From: a virus
Lineage: Duplodnaviria > Caudoviricetes
IMG/VR virus record: IMGVR_UViG_3300005714_000005
Span: 32,001 to 96,000 of that record
Strand: one strand, 5' to 3'
Length of the DNA stretch: 64,000 nucleotides
The position numbers and the translations under genes are program-made. Shown here one piece after another: positions 29,660-38,554 of the stretch. Below the pieces are notes generated by a model. It had not been told where the DNA came from and ran no database searches. It was given only the letters and a program-made list of their open reading frames with translations. The first letter of the stretch is position 1. Each line of letters starts with the position of its first letter.

Positions 29660-29833
29660 ATGATTAAGAAAATCGGGGCAAATCCATACGGTGTAGTTGA
29701 ATTCACTGCTTCAACAGTGGCGGAAATTGACGACTTACCAAAGAATGTTGGTCAAGGAAGTTACTGCCTAGTATTGGAAAATTCAGAGGTATATATGTTT
29801 GATGAGGCAACCTCAACTTGGGGAAAATTATAG
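29660..29833 (+). CDS. Small tail-associated protein (57 aa, not in ORF track)
   Basis: RBS GAGGTG; ...DDLPKNVGQGSYCLVLENSEVYMFDE...W pattern. Confidence 0.6.
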   Translation: MIKKIGANPYGVVEFTASTVAEIDDLPKNVGQGSYCLVLENSEVYMFDEATSTWGKL

Positions 29834-29850
29834 GAAAAGAGGTGAAGTAA

Positions 29851-30459
29851 ATGGATATTGTAACTTACGCCTTATGTAAGAAAATGGCAAGTGGTAAAGG
29901 TGAAAAAGGGGATAAGGGAGATAAAGGAGATAGAGGTGAACAAGGTCTGCCTGGTAGAGATGGTGCTGATGGTGTCACTCCCAATTTACAAGTTGGTACT
30001 GTTACAACTCTACCTAGTGGTCAAAATGCTACGGTAACACAAAGTGGTACAAAGGAAGACCCAATTTTCAATTTCTCTATTCCTCGTGGAGATAAGGGAA
30101 TTTATGTTGGTGCTAAAGATACTGCACCCCCAACAGTTGATATTGTAATTGACCATTCTGACATGGGGCTATATTCTGATGAATTAGTAAATACACCTAT
30201 TGTGGGCAATACCTTAACTTTAACTACTCGTAAAAATCAAACAACCACTATGCAAAATAACACAACCATTGTATTGCCTAATGTAAATTCATTCACAGAG
30301 ATTCATCTATTCTTTAGCACAACAAGTGAATTAACATTACAATTACCTGTCGATGTTAAATGGCAAACTCAACCGACTATCGAAGCTAATAAAGTGTATG
30401 AATTTATTTTCACATATGCAACCACTTGGCTTGGAGGGGCGGTATGCTACAATGACTAA
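29851..30459 (+). CDS. Collagen-like tail accessory protein
   Basis: MDIVTYALCKK; GxKGDK collagen repeats; GVTPNL.VGTVTTL...F.IPRG module. Confidence 0.65.
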   Translation: MDIVTYALCKKMASGKGEKGDKGDKGDRGEQGLPGRDGADGVTPNLQVGTVTTLPSGQNATVTQSGTKEDPIFNFSIPRGDKGIYVGAKDTAPPTVDIVIDHSDMGLYSDELVNTPIVGNTLTLTTRKNQTTTMQNNTTIVLPNVNSFTEIHLFFSTTSELTLQLPVDVKWQTQPTIEANKVYEFIFTYATTWLGGAVCYND

Positions 30460-31111
30460 GAAATTATTAATGAATAATTATTCTGAAAATGGATTAATGC
30501 CTGTCATGGATGGTTTGATTTGTTGGTTAGATGGTAGAGATGGTGAATTTGGTGATACCGTATGGGTAGATAGAAGTGGAAATGGGAATGACGCAACAGT
30601 GACAAACTGTGTGTGGACTGGGAAAGCTCTGAAAACAACTTCAGATTTAAGTGAATTTTTAGTTAGTAAAGAGATGATTAGTGGCGACAACAATCCCTAT
30701 ACATTGGAGATATATTTTTCTCGTTATGCAACAGATAGACCAAACGTAGCAGAGAATGTCATAATGGCTAATTCAGTAAAAGAATGGGGTTACTCAACCT
30801 CTCTTTATATTCGAGGGAATAAGTTGTTTTATGACGTAGGAAAACAAACTTTGGTTGATAACTCCGAGTTTAACAAGCCTTATCAAGTAGCTATTAGCAA
30901 AGTCCACCTCACAAGCAGGAAATCATTTGTTAATGGCAACTTTATTCAAGAGCGAGATGGATTCGTTGTAAAAGGGATTTCATTTTTGGGAAATTGGGAC
31001 TCAACAAAAGCAAAATGCGATTATTACTCAATTAGATTATACAATCGTGCCTTGACAGAAGAAGAAATCCAACAAAATTACCTATACGAACAATCAATTG
31101 AAAGAGGGTGA
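30452..31111 (+). CDS. LamG / concanavalin A-like domain protein
   Basis: GLICWLDG...W.DRSGNGN and IRLYNRALTEEEIQQNY motifs. Confidence 0.7.
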   Translation: MTKKLLMNNYSENGLMPVMDGLICWLDGRDGEFGDTVWVDRSGNGNDATVTNCVWTGKALKTTSDLSEFLVSKEMISGDNNPYTLEIYFSRYATDRPNVAENVIMANSVKEWGYSTSLYIRGNKLFYDVGKQTLVDNSEFNKPYQVAISKVHLTSRKSFVNGNFIQERDGFVVKGISFLGNWDSTKAKCDYYSIRLYNRALTEEEIQQNYLYEQSIERG

Positions 31112-31117
31112 TAACAA

Positions 31118-31666
31118 ATGTACGCTAAATTAGAAAATAACAAATTAACTTATGCACCAAAAAATTATAAAACTCCTACTCATTTAATCCTAAACTTTAA
31201 TAGTAATATTACACTTATGGAGGAACATGGATTTAAGGAAGTAGTGGATATTAAACCTGAATATGATAACTCTACCCACTATTTGTCGGTAGATAGCTAT
31301 ACAGAAGATGAAAATTCTATCACAATCAACTACACAATTAAAGATATTGAGCCTATTATTCAAGAGCCAACTTTAGAGGATAGAGTCTCACAATTAGAAA
31401 CCAAAACCAAAGAGCAAGAAGTTGAAATTGAAATGAATCAAGATGCAATTAATTTCCTACTATTCCAAGCATTAGGAGTTGAGGGTAAACAAACGAAAGG
31501 GGCGAATACAATGGCAGCCTATTTAGCAAATCAAATTCTTAAAGGTAAATTATCATATGAATTAGTAGTTAAACGATACCCTGAGTTTAAAGAGGATATT
31601 GATACAATCTTAATCCTTGAAGGGCGAGAAGATTTAATTAAAGAGGAAAATTTAATGAAGCGATAA
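31118..31666 (+). CDS. Tail accessory protein (possible internal start at 31511)
   Basis: MYAKLENNKLTYAP N-terminus; C-terminal MAAYLANQILKGKL..Y domain preceded by its own SD. Confidence 0.55.
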   Translation: MYAKLENNKLTYAPKNYKTPTHLILNFNSNITLMEEHGFKEVVDIKPEYDNSTHYLSVDSYTEDENSITINYTIKDIEPIIQEPTLEDRVSQLETKTKEQEVEIEMNQDAINFLLFQALGVEGKQTKGANTMAAYLANQILKGKLSYELVVKRYPEFKEDIDTILILEGREDLIKEENLMKR

Positions 31667-31708
31667 TTCAATAGACATACCTTAAAGCAAGAAAGGAGGA
31701 ATTTCTAT

Positions 31709-33655
31709 ATGTCTATTTATGTAAGAGATGAACATGGCGTGTTACAAGCTCTGAAAATCCCTGCATACAAGGGTGAAAAAGGGGAGGCAGGGGTAACACC
31801 TAATCTTACGATTGGGAATGTTACAACCCTACCTTATGACCAACAAGCCACTGTTGTAATCAGAGGGGATAAGGAAAATCCTATCATTGACTTTGGTATT
31901 CCTAAAGGTCAAGATGGAACTGGAGTTGGGGGAAATAATGTCTTTGATACAGACATTCAGTTCGTTCCTGACCCAATTAAGCAAATTGCAGAAACACCTA
32001 ATGGAACTCCAATTGGTTTCATTATGGATAGATACGCTCGTGTTGAAGCCTACAAATCAATTAAGAGAATAGGTGTCCAAGTGCGAGGATTTGATGGGCA
32101 AAATACTATTGCTTCAAATGTTAAAGCATTTGCAATTAACGCAGATACTCATGAGGTTATGGAGTTATTACATGACCAAACAGGAACAACCCCTATTGAA
32201 TTAATTGATGGTAAAACATTTGCCATGATTAATGTAAACAAAACTTATAATGTCAATACTGTCTTTGCTTTCGGTATTTCTCGTTCAGGGAGCTATGGAA
32301 ATGGTAGTGGTTTAGCAGTACAAGAAGGAACGAATAAAAACTTAATGGCTTCTGCCAATGCCCCAACAGTAGGGACAAGATTAGCAGAATGGACAAGTTC
32401 AAATTGGACTATGGGTGTATATTTTGAATTTAATTCAACAATGGCAGGTAGCTTAACGCAAGAGGTTGCTAATGAGGTTGCTAAAATCAACAACTCAACC
32501 GAAGAATATGCACTATTCAGTACAGCTAGGGGTGACTTTGATAACTCAACTGCTTTTCGTATTCCTGCTATTGTAGTTACGCCTAAAGGTACGATTATTG
32601 CTGCATCTGACATCAGACGTAAAACTGCATTTGACCAATCGTTAATTGACAATGGTATCTCACGTTCAACAGACGGAGGTAAAACATGGACTCAAAAAGT
32701 TGTTATGAGAAATAGTGGAGTTAGTGACTGGTCTCGTGCAATGGACTCTACTATGCTATCTGCTAAGAATGGTGATGTTTATATCTTGTGTGGTGCTTGG
32801 GATAGTAATCGTGGCAATTGGGAAACATCAACTTCAACACCTGACCCTGATTGGAAAGTACGATTAGCAAAGTCTACTGATGATGGAGTAACATGGACTG
32901 AAACTGATATTTCAAGAACGACTTTAAACCAACCACAAGATACAGTATCTTGGTTAGGTGGAGTTGGTACAGGTATTGAAATGTCAGACGGTACATTAGT
33001 ATTCCCAATCCAAATATGTAGACGAGACGGAAATGCAAACTATGTAACTGCGGGTATTATCTACTCTAAAGACAATGGGGCAACATGGACTATGAGTGCA
33101 AGTTTTACACCTCGTAATAACCGCATCTCAGAAAACATGGTGGCAGAAGTTGAAAATGGCATGTTGATATTAACTGGTCGGAATGAGTCAAGTGGAGTTC
33201 GTCCTGCTTACTACACAAGAGATTTAGGTGCTACATGGCAAACTCATAGCTTTATGCACAATTTAATCCATACCAATGCTCGTCCATGTCAAGGTTCATT
33301 CATTACGTTTGATACTTTAGGTGGTCGTAGAGTTGGATTAGTATCAACACCGACTTCGGGTGGAGGAACTCGTAGAGATTTAGGTGTTACCCTAATTGAC
33401 TTCAATGGTCAAAAGACTAAATTGCTAAAAGTATTCTTCCCAACACCATATACAGGTGGGGGTTATTCTTCACTTGCAACAGGATTCCGTAATGGGAAAC
33501 GAATCTTAGTGGTAGCCTATGAAGCACAAGGTCAAATTCATTATCAAGATTTAACGTATTTATTAACCGACATTGAAATGCTTACTAATGGCAATGTAAA
33601 TTTAACAATAGTAACAAATGACGAAATTGACACAATTATTGGTGCATTAAATTAG
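31709..33655 (+). CDS. Tail-anchored exo-alpha-sialidase (GH33)
   Basis: FRIP motif; four Asp boxes (SRSTDGGKTW, KSTDDGVTW, YSKDNGATW, TRDLGATW); RAMDS, WLGGVG, SEN, CQGS, GGGYS motifs; N-terminal collagen/anchor module. Confidence 0.85.
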   Translation: MSIYVRDEHGVLQALKIPAYKGEKGEAGVTPNLTIGNVTTLPYDQQATVVIRGDKENPIIDFGIPKGQDGTGVGGNNVFDTDIQFVPDPIKQIAETPNGTPIGFIMDRYARVEAYKSIKRIGVQVRGFDGQNTIASNVKAFAINADTHEVMELLHDQTGTTPIELIDGKTFAMINVNKTYNVNTVFAFGISRSGSYGNGSGLAVQEGTNKNLMASANAPTVGTRLAEWTSSNWTMGVYFEFNSTMAGSLTQEVANEVAKINNSTEEYALFSTARGDFDNSTAFRIPAIVVTPKGTIIAASDIRRKTAFDQSLIDNGISRSTDGGKTWTQKVVMRNSGVSDWSRAMDSTMLSAKNGDVYILCGAWDSNRGNWETSTSTPDPDWKVRLAKSTDDGVTWTETDISRTTLNQPQDTVSWLGGVGTGIEMSDGTLVFPIQICRRDGNANYVTAGIIYSKDNGATWTMSASFTPRNNRISENMVAEVENGMLILTGRNESSGVRPAYYTRDLGATWQTHSFMHNLIHTNARPCQGSFITFDTLGGRRVGLVSTPTSGGGTRRDLGVTLIDFNGQKTKLLKVFFPTPYTGGGYSSLATGFRNGKRILVVAYEAQGQIHYQDLTYLLTDIEMLTNGNVNLTIVTNDEIDTIIGALN

Positions 33656-33668
33656 GAGGACGATATTC

Positions 33669-34823
33669 ATGAATAACAAATTTATCAACGGAGAAAAATT
33701 ACAATATGCTTTCACTCAATTATGGGCTAAAATGAAAAACACATTTGCCCAAAAGAATGGGGAAAATACATTCACTAAGAAAAATACTTTTGACGAAGCT
33801 GTTATGATTAAACGTGAATCTATGTATATTCATAGTCCAATTAACAACAAGCCTGCCACATTAACAGGAATGCAAAAACTTGCAGGGTATCGTGGTTATA
33901 CTTCACACTCTAACGGAAATAACGGTTATGTAAAATCTGTTAAAGTTCGAGTTAAAGATGACTCTACTGTAGGACATACACTTCGTTATATTGATTTATG
34001 GGCGGTAGAGAAAAAAGATAATTTGGCACAAGACGTTATTGTTGGTAAAATGTATGATTCTTCAGTAACTTGGCTAGCTGTAAAGGAAGAAGAAGGATTT
34101 GGTAAATACGTTGAAATCTTCGTTAATCGCAAATTCGAGAATGAAACATATTTCTTAGTTGAGCATAGCAATAGTGTTACGTATACAAAACCAACTGACG
34201 AAGATGATAATGACATTGTTTATGCACGAAAAGGTACAGTTCCTGAAGTGGGCACTTCAGGTCTTACATCAGAAAGTAAGCGTTATTTATTACAATATGG
34301 TTTAGTTGGAGAAAGCATGAACATTGCTCGTGAGTTAGAAAAAATCTCTAATGGTACTGGGAAACTTGTTTCAAGTGTCAATACTATTAAACCAAACGAT
34401 AAAGGTGATGTTACTGTTGCACCAAAAGACATTCCTGGTTTATTAAGCGACAATGGTAAAATCCACCCTACTCTTGTTCCTGATGTTGCAATTACAAAAG
34501 TTACGGTGGTCGATACAGAGAAAGAAGCTATGGAACTTAGCTCAAGTATCGGGGATATTGTAATCCGCAATGACTTGAATGGTGAATCTTATATCTGTAA
34601 GAATCCACAAGGAGGCACATTCGCAGAACGTTTCATTCGTGTAGGTAGTGCAAGTGATGCAGTTAAAACAATCAACAATCAAGCAGCCAGTGCAGGTAAC
34701 GTTGATTTAGGATTAAAAGCAACTACAACTCAACTTGAATTAACTGTAAATAGCCAAACTGTCGCTACTTTACCTATTATCACAGACCAAGAAGTAAACA
34801 ACATTATCAACGGTCTTAACTAA
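33669..34823 (+). CDS. Tail accessory fibre protein
   Basis: VSSVN..GDVTV, GKIHPTLVP and GDIVIRND fibre motifs. Confidence 0.6.
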   Translation: MNNKFINGEKLQYAFTQLWAKMKNTFAQKNGENTFTKKNTFDEAVMIKRESMYIHSPINNKPATLTGMQKLAGYRGYTSHSNGNNGYVKSVKVRVKDDSTVGHTLRYIDLWAVEKKDNLAQDVIVGKMYDSSVTWLAVKEEEGFGKYVEIFVNRKFENETYFLVEHSNSVTYTKPTDEDDNDIVYARKGTVPEVGTSGLTSESKRYLLQYGLVGESMNIARELEKISNGTGKLVSSVNTIKPNDKGDVTVAPKDIPGLLSDNGKIHPTLVPDVAITKVTVVDTEKEAMELSSSIGDIVIRNDLNGESYICKNPQGGTFAERFIRVGSASDAVKTINNQAASAGNVDLGLKATTTQLELTVNSQTVATLPIITDQEVNNIINGLN

Positions 34824-34869
34824 TTTTAAATAATATCTAAGAACAAAAATATAAAAGGGAGGAAACGGA

Positions 34870-36495
34870 ATGTCTATCGTAGATAAGTCACATCTTCAAG
34901 ATGTGGCTTTAGGTATTTGGAATAAAATCCAAATGAAATTAAATGCTTATGTCCATAAGACAAAGGAGAACGTAGTCGTAGGTAAGACTGTGCTATTCGA
35001 TGGGTACATATCAGGTAATGTCCTAGCTACTTTAAATAATCCAAAAGCAACAGGCTACATTAAAACTGACTCAGCTTTCTTTGTCTGCGAACAATTATTA
35101 GTGTCTGCCAACCAAAAGGTTGGTCAGATTACTATTGGAATTGTCGACAGTAAACAAGTTGGTGATATTGTCACAGGAGTAAACATTGGAGTGGTTAGAC
35201 GCTCCGATAAAAAAGTTTTAGAATATCTAATGCGAAATGGCGTTGGTGTTGCTCATAAGAATACGATAAGCGATTTAGGTTGCGATAGAGCAATTACAAT
35301 CAACGTTGATAAATCATGGTCAGATGACGTTTACCTAATGGTTGGTGCTAATGGGGCATTATGGGGAGATCGTGATAACAACTATGGCGGAGATGCTCTT
35401 GGTGGTCTAACATTACCTGCTGTGGGTAGTACAATTCAACTTAACCGAAATGGTAACTATGTTGGTAAAGCTATTATTCATGGTGATGGAATTGCATTGC
35501 GAGATTTAGCAAACTCTAGTGTCAATGGAGTTACAAAAGATGAGTTTAATCAATTCAAGGGTGAAAATCAACAAGCTCATCAAACAATGACAAATAGTAT
35601 CAATAGTGCTAATAGCAATATCACATCACAAGGTCAACGTATTGGTAGCTTGGAGAGTGGTACTGCTAAATTAAATGCTCGCAATAGATTTACTGCTCAA
35701 AATACTTTTATGGAAAGAAATCCTATTGTTGAGAAATATGCTTCAATCAAAGATATTTTTACAGCAGATGGAGTAGACTCATTCTTAGCGGGTGGGCTAT
35801 ACTGTTGTAATCCACAGGCGGGTATTACAGATTATAACGCCCATATTTCTGCAATAGTTGTTCCTATTAAAGATTCACAACCAGGAGATACAGTTGAGGC
35901 TTCATACTTCACAGTTAATGCTACTACTAGACAATTAACAAGTGATATTCTTGAAGCTAAAACACATACAGTTTTAGATGTGCAGTATAAAGGTGAATAT
36001 TGTATTGCTCTTAATGTAGACAGAACTTTTAACTATCCTGTTTCTTTCGGAATCCGAGTTATGGATAAAGTTTTAGTAGGTAGACGAATTGGTATGTTGA
36101 AACAAGATTTACCAAACCAAGTCAACAACAATGCTTGGAGTTATTATATCAAGCCTACAAATGGACAATACATAGGAAATTATAATGCAAAGTTTACAGT
36201 TCCTTATATGATTGCTCGAAGAATTAGCTCAGAACTTATTACCAAATATGACATCAACATCATGAATAATCCTACAGGTGAGATTAAATTCTTAGCTTAT
36301 GATGCAGGTGAAGTTACAGAAATCAATGGGCGTACTTGGTTGAGATGTGATGGGCAATCAGTGCCAACTTCGGAGTATAATGAATTATGTAAAGCTATTC
36401 AACCTGTATCAGAAGATGGTTCAGAAGTATCGGTAGATTTCAAATTACCAAGTAATAATTCACCTGTTGGGTATACTTACATTTGTGCTAAATAA
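34870..36495 (+). CDS. Tail fibre protein with C-terminal tail-collar domain
   Basis: PTGEI...WLRCDGQSV..SEY.EL...FKLP collar motif; two internal beta domains. Confidence 0.7.
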   Translation: MSIVDKSHLQDVALGIWNKIQMKLNAYVHKTKENVVVGKTVLFDGYISGNVLATLNNPKATGYIKTDSAFFVCEQLLVSANQKVGQITIGIVDSKQVGDIVTGVNIGVVRRSDKKVLEYLMRNGVGVAHKNTISDLGCDRAITINVDKSWSDDVYLMVGANGALWGDRDNNYGGDALGGLTLPAVGSTIQLNRNGNYVGKAIIHGDGIALRDLANSSVNGVTKDEFNQFKGENQQAHQTMTNSINSANSNITSQGQRIGSLESGTAKLNARNRFTAQNTFMERNPIVEKYASIKDIFTADGVDSFLAGGLYCCNPQAGITDYNAHISAIVVPIKDSQPGDTVEASYFTVNATTRQLTSDILEAKTHTVLDVQYKGEYCIALNVDRTFNYPVSFGIRVMDKVLVGRRIGMLKQDLPNQVNNNAWSYYIKPTNGQYIGNYNAKFTVPYMIARRISSELITKYDINIMNNPTGEIKFLAYDAGEVTEINGRTWLRCDGQSVPTSEYNELCKAIQPVSEDGSEVSVDFKLPSNNSPVGYTYICAK

Positions 36496-36521
36496 GATTT
36501 CATTAGCAAGGGGGTGAGATA

Positions 36522-37160
36522 ATGAAACTTACTCAAGAACAATATGAACTTTGCACATTTCTGAATGATTGCGTTTATAATGAATTGGCTTATCCACCTA
36601 CTATGAATATGACTAATCGTATTGTTAAAGGAAGTGGTTTGAGGGTTGAGATTTTTGACTTCCCTCAGACCACTTTTGTTATATTCTGTGGTACGAATAG
36701 AGGTAGTTGGAGAGATTGGCTAACCAATTTCAAAGTTGGATTTGGTTTTGGATTAGTACCTAACCAACATAGACAAGCATTAGCAATCGTTCGTGATGAA
36801 TTATGCAAAGCTCAATTTAAAGGCAAAGATTTAATTGTCGCAGGACACTCATTGGGTTCAGGACTGATGGAGTATAGTATTGCCAACTTAGGTAATACAG
36901 AATACGACAACTATATAGGAATTGGGTACAATGGTTGTGGAGTTAAACATTTGGGTGGATATGCAAAAGAGGGGAAAATTCTTAATATCGTCACAACTCG
37001 TGATATTCTAAACGGTATTACTAGCAAATTGCCAGGAAAGAAATATATGAAACACTATGGGGAAATCCAATATGTTAAAGATAATAGCACTTGGAATCCT
37101 ATCAAGTCACACTCTAACTTTTCAGTTATGATGGACTATAAAATTAACGAAGGAGAATGA
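36522..37160 (+). CDS. Alpha/beta hydrolase (lipase class 3-like)
   Basis: FCGT...DWLTN lid, GHSLG nucleophile elbow, D (RDIL) and H (SHS) candidates. Confidence 0.75.
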   Translation: MKLTQEQYELCTFLNDCVYNELAYPPTMNMTNRIVKGSGLRVEIFDFPQTTFVIFCGTNRGSWRDWLTNFKVGFGFGLVPNQHRQALAIVRDELCKAQFKGKDLIVAGHSLGSGLMEYSIANLGNTEYDNYIGIGYNGCGVKHLGGYAKEGKILNIVTTRDILNGITSKLPGKKYMKHYGEIQYVKDNSTWNPIKSHSNFSVMMDYKINEGE

Positions 37161-37163
37161 AAT

Positions 37164-37751
37164 ATGAAAGAAGTATGGAAAGATATTTACTATACAGATG
37201 AAGTAACGGAAGAAATAATTGATTTTCGTGGATATTATCAAATTAGTAATTTGGGAAGAGTTAAAAGTTTGGCAAGAGTTCACTTTAGAAAAAATGGTGT
37301 AAAATTGTCAATACGAGAGAAAGTAATTAGCCCAGGCGATAATGGTCATGGCTACCTATTTGTCACTCTCTATAATGGCGAAAGCAAAAAGAGATTCTAT
37401 GTTCATAGGTTGGTTGGGCAAATGTTTCTCCAAAAAGAAGAGGGTAAAATCTATATAGACCATATTGATACCAATAGAACTAATAATTGTGTTGAGAATT
37501 TAAGATGGTGTACACAAAAAGAAAATGCAAACAATAGCCTCACGTTAAAACGCAATAGCGACTCAAAAGACAAAACTAGAGTTATTGCCATAAACGAAAA
37601 AGACTGCAAAGTTATAATGTTAAAGAGTATATCTGACGGAAAGAAAATCGGCTTTGACAAGGCAGCTATTTGGCGTTGTTGCAACGGAAAACAAAAGGAA
37701 CATTTGGGTTACAAATTTCAATATGTTGAGAAAAGAGGAATGATAGCATGA
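37164..37751 (+). CDS. Free-standing NUMOD4-HNH endonuclease
   Basis: EVWKDI...YQISNLGRVKS; VHRLV...IDHIDTNRTNN; no intron core flanking it. Confidence 0.85.
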   Translation: MKEVWKDIYYTDEVTEEIIDFRGYYQISNLGRVKSLARVHFRKNGVKLSIREKVISPGDNGHGYLFVTLYNGESKKRFYVHRLVGQMFLQKEEGKIYIDHIDTNRTNNCVENLRWCTQKENANNSLTLKRNSDSKDKTRVIAINEKDCKVIMLKSISDGKKIGFDKAAIWRCCNGKQKEHLGYKFQYVEKRGMIA

Positions 37752-38482
37752 CTTACATATTTAAACAAGATTTAGTACCAAGTAACAAATATTCAATCAA
37801 AGCTCCTTATTCTATGATACCACAATATATCACAATCCACAACACTTCAAACTCTGCACCCGCACAAAACGAAATTAACTACATGAAAAACAATAATAAC
37901 CAAGTTTCTTATCACGTATGTATAGATGAGAAATACGTTATCCAAGCAATCCCTTTTAATCGTAATGCATGGCACGCAGGAGATGGTGCTTATGGTAGTG
38001 GAAATCGCAAATCTATCGGCATTGAAATTGCACGTTCGACTGGCGACATTAATCTATTTAAACAGGCAGAAGCTAACTGTGCTAAATATGTAGCTACTCT
38101 ATTAAAACAATATGGTTGGGGAATTGACCGAGTTAAACGTCATAAAGACTGGTCTGGCAAATACTGTCCTCACAAAACGATGGATTTAGGTTGGGATAGA
38201 TTTTTAAATATGATTAAAGCAGAATTGAATGCTTTAAACAAACTTACTCAACCAACACCTAGCAAACCAACACAAGACACTTCATTCAAAGTTAAGGTTA
38301 TTGCTAAAGAATTAAATGTGCGTAAATCTGCTTCATTTGATAGTGCAGTAGTGACTACTGTTAAGAAAGGTGAAGTGTACACTATTGTTGAGGTTAAGAA
38401 TGGATTAGGTTTATTGAAATCTTACAAAGACAAACGTGACGGTTGGATTTCAATACACTCTGCCTATGTGCAAAAAGTTTAA
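37748..38482 (+). CDS. Endolysin, N-acetylmuramoyl-L-alanine amidase (Amidase_2 + SH3b)
   Basis: ITIHNT, SYH, AWHAGDG, SIGIEI, HKDWSGKYCP; LNVRK...GWIS SH3b. Confidence 0.9.
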   Translation: MTYIFKQDLVPSNKYSIKAPYSMIPQYITIHNTSNSAPAQNEINYMKNNNNQVSYHVCIDEKYVIQAIPFNRNAWHAGDGAYGSGNRKSIGIEIARSTGDINLFKQAEANCAKYVATLLKQYGWGIDRVKRHKDWSGKYCPHKTMDLGWDRFLNMIKAELNALNKLTQPTPSKPTQDTSFKVKVIAKELNVRKSASFDSAVVTTVKKGEVYTIVEVKNGLGLLKSYKDKRDGWISIHSAYVQKV

Positions 38483-38495
38483 TATGAATAAATAA

Positions 38496-38527
38496 AAATA
38501 GACATCCTTAGTGGTGTCTATTTATTT
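38496..38527 (+). terminator. Intrinsic terminator after endolysin
   Basis: AAATAGACATC/GGTGTCTATTT stem. Confidence 0.6.
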
Positions 38528-38554
38528 GAATATATAATTTGAAAGGTGATTTTT

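Noticed and set aside
37164-37751. Group I intron around the HNH next to the endolysin (also the GIY-YIG at 40953-41756)
   Set aside because: No space or core elements for a ribozyme; flanking genes look complete.
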